A stretch of DNA of 64,000 nucleotides from an uncultured Verrucomicrobiae bacterium (lineage in GTDB: Bacteria > Verrucomicrobiota > Verrucomicrobiia > Chthoniobacterales > UBA10450), in contig CAWIBO010000005.1 of the NCBI GenBank assembly GCA_963834385.1, positions 576,001-640,000 of the forward strand. The letters are read 5' to 3'. The position numbers and the translations under genes are program-made. The notes under the pieces were generated by a model. That model ran no database searches. It was not told the DNA's origin and saw only the letters and a program-made list of their open reading frames with translations. This document shows positions 1 to 11,832 of the stretch, one piece after another (position 1 is the first letter of the stretch; every line of letters begins with the position of its first letter).

Positions 1-65
1 GAGCCCGGCCGCCTCCGGGAAGAACAAACGCCGTCAGTCACCATTCAGGGAGGCCCGCGTTCGCG

Positions 66-881
66 ATGAACGATTCGCGGCCCATCGGTGTTTTCGATTC
101 CGGCATCGGCGGCCTGACCGTGGCCGCCGCTCTCCGGCGCCTGCTTCCCCACGAATCGATTGTTTATCTCGGCGACACCGCGCGCGTCCCTTACGGCGGA
201 AAAAGCGCGGCCACGGTCGAGCGCTACAGCCTCGAGCTGGCGGACATTCTTCTGGCGGACAATTGCAAAGCCATGGTGGTGGCGTGCAACACCGCCTCGG
301 CCCTGGCCCTGCCCGCGCTCCAGCGAACGCTCCCTGTGCCGGTCCTCGGCGTGATCGAGCCGGGCGCCGCCGCGGCCGTCGCCGCCACCCGTTCCAACCA
401 CGTCGGCGTTATCGGAACCCGCGCCACCATTCGGAGCGGTGCCTACGAGAAAGCCCTGCGCCTGCTGCGGCCAGAGATCAGGATCACCGTCCAGGCCTGT
501 CCTTTGCTGGTGCCGTTGATCGAGGAGGGCCGACTCGAAAGCGATCTGACCAACATGGCCATTGCCGAGTATCTCGAACCGCTCCTGCGGGATGGGGTCG
601 ATACCCTCGTTCTCGGCTGCACGCATTATCCGTTGCTTGCGCCCGCCCTCGGCCGCGCCGCGCGCGGCATTCAGCTGGTCGATTCCGCGCAGAACTGTGC
701 GGCCGCCACGGAGCGACTCCTGCGCGAGAACGGTCTCAGCGCCTCCCCTTCGGCTCCGGGCCGGTTGCAGGTCGCGCTGACTGATCCGCCCGACCATTTT
801 CTTTCCGTGGCGCGCGACGCGCTCCGTCTCGAGATCGGCGAAGTCGCGCTCCGCGAGGTGCTGCACCCGGCGAAGGCCTGA
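66..881 (+). CDS. murI: Glutamate racemase
   Basis: Motifs PIGVFDSGIGG, VPYG, VVACNTAS and LVLGCTHYP (two catalytic Cys). Confidence 0.97.
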   Translation: MNDSRPIGVFDSGIGGLTVAAALRRLLPHESIVYLGDTARVPYGGKSAATVERYSLELADILLADNCKAMVVACNTASALALPALQRTLPVPVLGVIEPGAAAAVAATRSNHVGVIGTRATIRSGAYEKALRLLRPEIRITVQACPLLVPLIEEGRLESDLTNMAIAEYLEPLLRDGVDTLVLGCTHYPLLAPALGRAARGIQLVDSAQNCAAATERLLRENGLSASPSAPGRLQVALTDPPDHFLSVARDALRLEIGEVALREVLHPAKA

Positions 882-908
882 GCGCAGCGTTGTTTGTTGA
901 GCAGTCTG

Positions 909-1923
909 TTAGGAGGAGCCCGCGGCAGGCTGCCCGCTCCGGCGTCTCAGGAAGCCGGGCGAGGCGAGATGAAAAATGGCGGCGCCAATCAGCGAACGCA
1001 CTTCGCCGCGCTCCATCTTGATTTTCCGGGCGATCATCATCCGGCCCGGCCTGGCGCATGAGCTGGATGGTGCGGACCCCGATCAGCGCGGGCAAAGCCG
1101 TGGCGAAACGGAGCCGCACCGGGCGCACCGCACAGGCGTAATCAATTCCGCGGGCGAGACCCTCCTCCGCCCGGTCGAGCCAGCGCATGATCACCGGCAG
1201 CGCGGCCTCGGGCCGGTCCATGATTTCTTCCGGGCGCACCCCGACCGCGGCCAGCTCGTCCGCCGGCAGATAACAACGCCCGTTTCGCAGGTCCGCGCCA
1301 AGATCGCGCAAAACGTTTACGAGTTGCAGTCCCTGACCATAGGCCCGGCCCCATTCTTCCATCTCGGCGGCTGATCGATCGGCAAACCGCGGCAACTTGC
1401 GCGAAGCGATCCGTGTCCAGAATTCGCCGACGCATCCCGCGACAAGATAGGTGTATTCCTCCAGCTCAGCGGCCGTGGCCAGCGCCTGCACTCCGCCGCC
1501 GGGAAACCGTTCCAGGTCGAGCCGCTGACCGCGGGTGATATGCCCGAGCACCTCCCGGATGTCGCGCTGGTCGGCGGCCTCGGAGCGCTCCAGCCAGCGA
1601 ACGATTGCCGGCAGCTTTTCCAGCAAAACCCTTTCCCCGGGGTTTCCTTGCGGCGGTGCGAACCGGTCCGCCAGCGGTTGCGTTTCGGCGGCCGACCCGT
1701 TCCCGGCAAACACAGCGGCCAGGGCGGCCAAACCCTCGCGTCGCGCGTCCGGCTCGATCGCGCCGGTATCGGCGATGGTGTCACTCGCGCGCGCCAGCAG
1801 GTAGGCCAGGGTCACCGGATCACGCATCGGCCCCGGCAGCCACCGGATCGACAGGTAAAAGGAACGCGAGACCTCCCGCAGGACCGGGCCGCGCAGGGGG
1901 GCAATGTTATCGGGGTTGTTCAC
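909..1923 (-). CDS. Squalene/phytoene synthase family protein (apparent frameshift near 1040)
   Basis: VSRSFYL, YLLARASDTIAD, YTYLVAGCVGEFWT, GLQLVNVLRD..D and GRCYLP motifs. The C-terminus continues in another frame (IARKIKMERGEVR...) to TAA at 909-911. Confidence 0.88.
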
Positions 1924-1944
1924 GTGCTATTCTGGCCTGGGAGC

Positions 1945-3043
1945 ATGGAGCCAATCCGCCACATTTACGCGCACATTCCGTTCTGCGCACGTCTCTGCCC
2001 TTATTGCGCCTTTTACAAGACCCTGCCCGATCGCGCCCTGGCCCGGCGCTTTTGCGAGGCGCTGGTGGCCGAGACCGCGGCTCCCGCCTGCCCGCTCCAG
2101 CCGGAAACGATCTTCTTCGGCGGAGGAACGCCCACGGCTTTGTCCCGGGCGGATCTCGATTATCTGCTCACCGGTTTCCGGCAGGCCCTCGACCCGGGGC
2201 AGCTCGCCGAATGGACGTTTGAAGCCAATCCCGGCAGCGTTTCGCGCGCCAAAGCGGAACTCCTGCGCGGACACGGGGTCAACCGGCTCAGCCTGGGTGT
2301 GCAATCGTGGGACGACGATCTGCTTCGTCTGCTCGGCCGCGAACATAACGCCGCCCAGGCGGACGAATCGTTTCACGAGATCCGCGCCGCCGGTTTCAAA
2401 AATATCAGCATCGACCTCATGTTCGGTTTGCCCGGGCAGACCCTGGCGCAATGGCGTGCGTCACTTGAGCGGACCGTGGCTCTTGGCCCGGAACATATCT
2501 CCACCTATTGCCTGACCTACGAGGAGGACACCGACTTTTTTCTGCGCCACCAGCGAGGCGAACTTAGGCAGGATCCCGATGCGGACGCCGGCTTCTTCGA
2601 GCTGGCGGCAACCCTTCTCGGCGAAGCGGGCTACCATCATTACGAAGTCTCGAACCATGCCCGGCCGGGCTTCGAGTCGGCCCATAATCGTGCCTATTGG
2701 GCCGGCGCGAATTATCTCGGGCTTGGCCCGAGCGCCTTCTCGACCGTCGGAGTCGCGGCGGTGGCAAAACGTGCCCGATTACCGGGCGTATACCGATCGG
2801 GTCCTGGCCGGGGAATCGGCCATTTCGTCGGTGGAACATCTCTCCGAGGAAGCGAAGCGCGCCGAGCGGATCGCCCTTTCGCTGCGCACGTCGTCGGGCG
2901 TCCCTGCGGACTGGCTCGCGGACGAGTCTGCGCAACAGGAAGAGTTTCTGTCGCTTGGGCTGCTCCGGCGGGAGGCCGACCGGATCATTCTGACCGAGCG
3001 CGGACGACTCCTGGCGGATGAAGTCGCCGGGGCTTTCGTCTGA
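1945..3043 (+). CDS. hemW: Radical SAM heme chaperone HemW (HemN-like); frameshift near 2755
   Basis: HIPFCARLCPYCAF (CxxxCxxC), FFGGGTPT, YEVSN and HNRAYW. The C-terminal domain is in ORF 2579..3043 (LTERGRLLADEV). Confidence 0.93.
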
Positions 3044-3059
3044 GGCGGCGCTGTGGATT

Positions 3060-3268
3060 GGACGCGCGAAGCGCGTCCCTCCGGAGGGACATGCTTCCGC
3101 ATGTCCACGTTTGCCGTTAAACCCCGCCGTAACGACGGCTTCGCCGACCAAAGCTCCGACGCCACCCAATTTCCGTTGCCTCGGACGCGCGGAAGCGCGT
3201 CCCTCCGGAGGGACATGCTTCCGCATGTCCACGATTGCCTAAACCCCGCCGTAACGACGGCTTCGCCG
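3060..3268. repeat. Direct repeat (2 x ~87 bp): back-to-back GGAG-type REP hairpins plus a copy of the uppS 3' end
   Basis: GGACGCGC(G)GAAGCGCGTCCCTCCGGAGGGACATGCTTCCGCATGTCC...AAACCCCGCCGTAACGACGGCTTCGCCG at 3060-3146 and 3183-3268. Confidence 0.92.
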
Positions 3269-3955
3269 GCCGTACTCGGCCACCGCCTCAAACAGGTCGG
3301 TCTTCGTAAAATCCGGCCAAAGCTTCGGCGTGACCCAGATTTCCGTGTAGGAAAGTTGCCAGAGCAGAAAATTGGAGAGACGCATCTCACCCGAGGTGCG
3401 AATGAGCAGATCAGGATCGGGATACGCCCGCGTGTACAAATGTTTGCTGAACATCTCGGGATCGATCATGGCGCTGTCGATGTGACCCGCCTTGACCTCG
3501 TGCACGATGCTGCGGATGCCGTCGATGATCTCGAGCCGGCCACCATAGCTCAACGCCAGGATCAGGGTGAGCCCGTTGTTCTGCGCGGTCTCCTCGATCG
3601 AACGATGCAACTGCCGCTGGCAGGCCTCCGGCAGGTCGGTCAGTCGCCCAATGGCCTGTAGCTTCACGTTCTTCTCCAGCAGCTCCGGCGTTTTCTCCTT
3701 CAGAAAACGTTCGAGCAGCTCCATCAGCGCGAAGACTTCCGCCTTGGGCCGCTGCCAGTTCTCGGCCGAGAACGCGTAAAGGGTCAGAAACTCGACCTTC
3801 AGTTCGCCGCAGGCTTCCACGCACTCGCGCACCGCCTGCGCCCCCTGCTCGTGCCCCTTGATCCGCGGCAGCCCGCGCGATTTCGCCCAGCGCCCGTTCC
3901 CGTCCATGATCACGGCGATGTGCCGCGGGATCTTGCTGGGAGAATCGGCGGCCAT
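3239..3955 (-). CDS. uppS: Undecaprenyl diphosphate synthase (isoprenyl transferase)
   Basis: PRHIAVIMDGNGRWA, YAFSAENW, PDLLIRTSGEMRLSNFLLWQ and RRYGG. ATG at 3955. Confidence 0.96.
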   Translation of the reverse strand: MAADSPSKIPRHIAVIMDGNGRWAKSRGLPRIKGHEQGAQAVRECVEACGELKVEFLTLYAFSAENWQRPKAEVFALMELLERFLKEKTPELLEKNVKLQAIGRLTDLPEACQRQLHRSIEETAQNNGLTLILALSYGGRLEIIDGIRSIVHEVKAGHIDSAMIDPEMFSKHLYTRAYPDPDLLIRTSGEMRLSNFLLWQLSYTEIWVTPKLWPDFTKTDLFEAVAEYGRRSRRYGGV

Positions 3956-3966
3956 GGCGGGAGGCG

Positions 3967-5646
<1,680 letters not shown>

Positions 5647-5647
5647 T

Positions 5648-6514
5648 CTAGAGGCGCCCCAGCGAAATCAGGATCAGCAGGACCAGGCCGAGCACGATCC
5701 GGTAGATCGCGAAGGGGGTGAATCCGCGGGCGCGCACCCAACGCATGAACCACGCCACCACCGCCAGCGCAACGATAAAAGAAACAACAAACCCGATCCC
5801 GAGGACGATCCAGCGATGGGTCGTCATGACCAGCGGCACCAGGTCGGCGTCGGCCGCGTTCCGCGAGGGCAGCACCGCCTTGAGCAGGTCGTAGCTCGTC
5901 GCCACCACCATCGTGGGGATCGAGACAAAAAAGGAGAACTCGAGCGCGGCCGCCCGCGAGAGCCCGGCCACCTGCCCGGCCGCAATCGTGGACATCGAGC
6001 GGGAGGTGCCCGGGAAAACCGCGGAAAGAATCTGGACGACGCCGATCCAGACCGCCTGCGGCAGGGTCATCTGCTCCATGCGGTTGGTGCGCGGCCGGGT
6101 GAAATACCAGTCGACCGCCCACATGATCACACCGCCCACGAGCAGCGCCCACGCCATGATGGTAAGGCTCTCGAGGTTCTGGCCGATCTGCCGTTTAAGC
6201 AGGAAAACCGGGAAGGCGGTGACGACAAACGCAATCATCACCAGGCTGAGCGGATGGGTGAAGAGGGTGCGGTCCCCGTTCTCGCCCCGCGGAAAGGTGC
6301 GGACGAACTGCCAGAGCCGGTCGCCGAAATAGACAAAGAGGGAGAGGATCGCGCCCAGCTGGATGACGATGGTGTACATCTTCCAGAAGTTGTCCTGCAG
6401 GTCGATGTGCAGCAGCGCCTCGACAATGCGCAGGTGCGCCGTCGAGCTGATCGGAAGAAATTCAGTCAGTCCCTCGATGATCCCGAGCAGGACGGAAAGC
6501 AGATAATCTCTCAT
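5648..6514 (-). CDS. uppP: Undecaprenyl-diphosphate phosphatase (BacA family)
   Basis: GIIEGLTEFLPISSTAHL, IQLGAIL, PGTSRS and FAIYRI motifs; polytopic membrane protein. Confidence 0.96.
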   Translation of the reverse strand: MRDYLLSVLLGIIEGLTEFLPISSTAHLRIVEALLHIDLQDNFWKMYTIVIQLGAILSLFVYFGDRLWQFVRTFPRGENGDRTLFTHPLSLVMIAFVVTAFPVFLLKRQIGQNLESLTIMAWALLVGGVIMWAVDWYFTRPRTNRMEQMTLPQAVWIGVVQILSAVFPGTSRSMSTIAAGQVAGLSRAAALEFSFFVSIPTMVVATSYDLLKAVLPSRNAADADLVPLVMTTHRWIVLGIGFVVSFIVALAVVAWFMRWVRARGFTPFAIYRIVLGLVLLILISLGRL

Positions 6515-6538
6515 CTCCGCAACAGAAAGGGCCGGGCT

Positions 6539-6911
<373 letters not shown>

Positions 6912-6922
6912 GCTCGCCCGGT

Positions 6923-7919
6923 TCAGCCGCCGCCCGGCCTCTCGCCCAGCGCGTCCATTTCCGCCGCCACCATCTCCGCCACCAAGGTGCGAAAATCGCC
7001 CGCCGGACGCCAGCCCAGTGTTTCCCGGATCTTCTTCGCGGAACCCACCAGCGTCGCCGGGTCGGCCGGCCGATCAAAGGCCGGATCACGGCGCACATGA
7101 TCCCGCCAGTTCAGCTTCACCGCCGCGAAGGCGGCCTCGACAAATTCCTGGACGGAATGCGTTTCCCCCGTGGCCACCACATAATCGTCCGGGGTGTCGT
7201 GCTGCAGCATCAGCCACATCGCCTGCACGTAATCCTGTGCCCGCCCCCAGTCGCGCCGCGCTTCGGTGTTGCCCAGGACTCAGCTCCCGCTCCAGCCCCC
7301 GCGCAATCCGCGCCGCCCCCCGCGCAATCTTCCGGGTAACAAAATTCTCACCGCGGCGCGGCGACTCGTGGTTGTAGAGAATGCCGTTGCAGACAAAAAG
7401 GCCGTAGGACTCCCGGTAAACGCGCACGAGGTTGGTGGCAAAGGCCTTGGCACAACCGTAGGGGCTCGCCGGGCGCATCGGCGTTTCCTCCGTCTGCGGC
7501 GATTCCGTGGCGTGCCCGAAAATCTCGGAGCTGGAGGCATGGTAAAACCGGACCGGTTGCGGCTGGTCGCGCGTGATCTCGAGCAGGCGCAGGGTGGCCA
7601 TGCCGATCTCGTCGCAGGTCGATTCCGGAATTTCAAAGCTGAGGCCGACGTGACTTTGCCCGGCCAAATGATAAACCTCGCCCGGCTTCACCTCGGCAAA
7701 GATCCGGCGCATGGTGGTGCCATCCGAGAGATCGCCGTAGTGCAGCGACAACTGATGGGCGCTGTCGATTTCCCGCAGATGTTCGATGCGCGACCGGAGG
7801 AGGTTGCTGGTTCGCCGCACAATGCCGTGCACCGCGTAGCCCTTTTCCAGGAGCAACTCGGCCAGGTAAGAGCCATCCTGACCCGTGATCCCGGTAATCA
7901 ATGCAACCTTCGACGCCAT
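6923..7919 (-). CDS. gmd: GDP-mannose 4,6-dehydratase (frameshift near 7280)
   Basis: ALITGITGQDGSYLAE, SHVGLSF, SPYGCAK and NHESPRRGENFVTRKI. The C-terminus (MWLMLQHDTPDDYVVATG) is in 6923..7228. Confidence 0.95.
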
Positions 7920-7989
7920 CCGGCCCCATCAACCACTGTGATCACCCGCGAGACAAGCGCGAAGTTCGGCCGTTCCCCTCCCTCCTACT

Positions 7990-8531
7990 GCTCCGAATAG
8001 ACAGGATTAACAGGATGAACAGGATTCGAACAAGTCTTGTGCGTTCTCCGCCCTTCCACTGTCAGCTTTTCAGTTGTCAGCGTTTCAGCATTTTCCGTCA
8101 CGTGATCAGTGATCCGCGACCAGTGATCAGCTTCTCCCCGCCATCCTCCATCCTCGATTCTCCATCCTCCATCCTCGTTCCCCCTCCCCCGGTAGGGCGA
8201 GACTCCGTCGAGCCTGGGAGCAGGCCCGGAAGTTCACCACAGAGATCGCAGAGGGCACAGAGGAAAGTGAGGGGTGTGTGAAGACAGGATGAACAGGATT
8301 AGAGGAGGCTCCGGCGGCCGAGGGCCGCTTCCCTCTGTCAGCGTTTCAGCTTCCTCTTCACGCTCCGTGCCTCCGCGCCCCAATCCTCCATCTCCTATCT
8401 CCAGGATGAACAGGATTAGAGGAAGGCTCCCGCGGCCGAGGGCCGCCCTTGTCAGCGTTTCAGCTTTCCCCCCCCGTGATCCGTGATCGGTAATCAGTGA
8501 TCAGCCTCAATACCGTCAGACCATTCACGAT

Positions 8532-8555
<24 letters not shown>
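7990..8555. repeat. Mosaic intergenic repeat array (9-mer ACAGGATNN, 8-mer TCAGCTTT, 7-mers TGATCAG/CCATCCT/CCATTCA, 9-mer CACAGAGNN, GTAG REP)
   Basis: Blocks read directly, e.g. GACAGGATTAACAGGATGAACAGGATT (8000-8026), GGTAGGGCGAGACTCCGTCGAGCC (8191-8214) and CCATTCACGATTCACCATTCACCATTCA (8521-8548). Confidence 0.9.
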
Positions 8556-9656
<1,101 letters not shown>

Positions 9657-9718
9657 CTCCGCGCACCTGTGTAATTCGGCATTTCAGCTTTGCTCTCTTT
9701 GGGCTACGATAGCCCTCC

Positions 9719-11497
9719 TTGTCGAGCCGATCGCACTTATCTCTGCCCGCTGGCGAGGCCCCCCGCAAGTTGCTTCCGGGCGCCCTGGCCCTGGTCGCCC
9801 TCGCTTTCCTCTGGTTTATCCTCATCCGTCACCTCAGCAATGAATGGTCGGTGAACGAGCAATACGGCTACGGCTGGTTTGTCCCGTTCTTCGCCGCCTT
9901 CCTTTTCTGGCTGCGCTGGGAAGATCGCCGCCGCCCCTTCCCCTCCTGCTCTTGCTCCTGATCCTGCTCCTGCTCCTGATCCTGCTTCTCCTCGCGATCG
10001 TGCTCCTGCTCGTGCTCGTGCTCGTAATCCTGCTTCTGCTCCACCATTCACGATTCACCATTCACGATTCACGCTCCTGCTCCCCGCGGCCGCGGCCGCG
10101 CTGCTCCTGCCGGTCCGCGTTTTCGAGATCGGCAACCCCGATTGGCGCCCGCTCGGCTGGGTTCACGCCGCCATCGTCGTCGGGCTCACGCTCGCTTTCA
10201 TCCACTCGATCGGCGGCCGGTCCTGGCTTCGGCACTTCGCTTTCCCCGTTCTTTTCTTCCTCATCGCGGTGCCGTGGATCACGCCGGTGGAAGCGCCCGT
10301 GGTCCAGGGTCTCATGCGCATCGTCGCAATTGTCTCCACCGAAGTCGTCACGCTGCTCGGCATCCCCGCCCAGCTCGAGGGCAGCCTCATCCGCATCCAA
10401 AATGGCCTCGTCGGCGTCAACGAAGCCTGCAGCGGCGTGCGCTCTCTCCAGACCTCGCTCATGATCGGCCTTCTCTTTGGCGAACTGAAACGGTTCACCG
10501 TCGGTCGTCGGCTCGGACTGATCGTGGGAGCCGTCGTCATCGCCATGATCTTCAATTTCCTGCGCGCGATTATCCTGGTCTGGCTGTCCGCCACAAGAGG
10601 GGCGGAGGTGGCCAATTCCTGGCATGACGCACTCGGCTACGCCATCGTCGGCGGCGTTTTCCTTGGCACCATGGCCCTCGCCGCCGCCTTCGGACGCTCC
10701 AAAACCCCAATCGAAAATCGAGAATCGAAAATCGAAAATCCGTCACCATTCACGGCCCTGACCGCGACGCCGGCCGTCGCCGCCCTCCTCTGGCTCGTGG
10801 CCGTCGAGTTCGGCGCCGCCGCCTGGTATCGCGCCAGCGAAACCGATCTGGTCGCGCGCGAAAGCTGGACCGTGCAACAACCGACCGACGCTCCCGGTTT
10901 TCGCCCGATCGAGATCGACGATCAGGTTCGCCAAACCCTCCGTTACGACTCACGGCTGGCAGGTCGCCTGGACCGGTCCGATCCCCACCGATAACGGACA
11001 ACCGATCACCGATCACCACCGGAAACTCGCTCCGAGTTTCCAGCTCTTCTATCTTCCGCTGGGAACCCGGCACTTCCACCATCCTGCGGGCGCGGGCGCA
11101 TCGCCCGGATGTTTGTCTGCCGAACGTCGGCTGGCGCGAAGCGGCCGACCACGGCATCCGCTTTTACCAGGTGGGCGGCGGCCTCTCTCTTCCGTTCCGG
11201 CATTTCACCTTTGTCCGCGATCTGCCAGGGCGACGCGCACTCCAGGCCGAGGCTTTCTTTTGCATTTACGAAGACCGGGTCCGCCCCTCTTTGCAAACCA
11301 GCGCGGCCGACCTGACCGCCGGCGATGTGGGCGGGTGGATGCCGGCCGAACGGTTCCGCGTGGTCCGCGAAGGCCTGCGCAACCCCGGCCAGCAGGTAAT
11401 GGAATTGGTCATGCTCACGCCTGATGCCCTTTCGCCCGCCGACGCCCAGACACGCTTCGCCGAGATGCTCCCAAGCCTTGTCCAGACCAGCCGCTGA
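9719..11497 (+). CDS. Exosortase fused to a C-terminal EpsI-like domain (apparent frameshifts near 9930, 10950 and 10985-11050)
   Basis: N-terminal QYGYGWFVP; VNEACSGVRS (Cys), NFLRA (Arg) and WHDALG (His) catalytic triad; C-terminal FRWEPG...AHRPDVCLPNVGW (H-x-P-x-x-C...GW, EpsI-like). Confidence 0.88.
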
Positions 11498-11527
11498 CCA
11501 TTTTCCGCCCGCCTCCGCCGAACAGAG

Positions 11528-11773
11528 GACAGGATTAACAAGATTAACAGGATGGGATTGCTGGCTCTTCCGTCTCCCTAAGAATCCTGTCCATCCTGTA
11601 AATCCTGTCCAAATTCGACCTCCGGGAACCGCAAGCGCCGCCGCGTGCCCGTATCGACGCGCCGCGAAAAACGCCCTGCCAGGGAACTCAGAAAGACAGG
11701 ATTAACAAGTTTAACAGGATTTGCTGGCTCATCCGTCTCCCAAAGAATCCTGTCCATCCTGTAAATCCTGTCT
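11528..11773. repeat. Two tandem ~80-bp MITE-like hairpins with 9-mer-array terminal inverted repeats
   Basis: GACAGGATTAACAAG.TTAACAGGAT...TTGCTGGCTC.TCCGTCTCCC.AAG-AATCCTGTCCATCCTGTAAATCCTGTC at ~11528-11609 and ~11695-11772. Confidence 0.88.
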
Positions 11774-11832
11774 AAAAAACTCATCACCCCGCTCGCTGCT
11801 TTGGCTTACCATCACAGAACCACCACCGCCTG

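Noticed and set aside
7901..8486. ORFs in repeat-rich gaps (7901..8281, 8274..8486; also 14069..14434, 34003..34260, 35486..35728)
   Set aside because: They are translations of the repeat mosaics (RINRMNRI, FSFSVVS, VGRDSVEP) with no coding signal.
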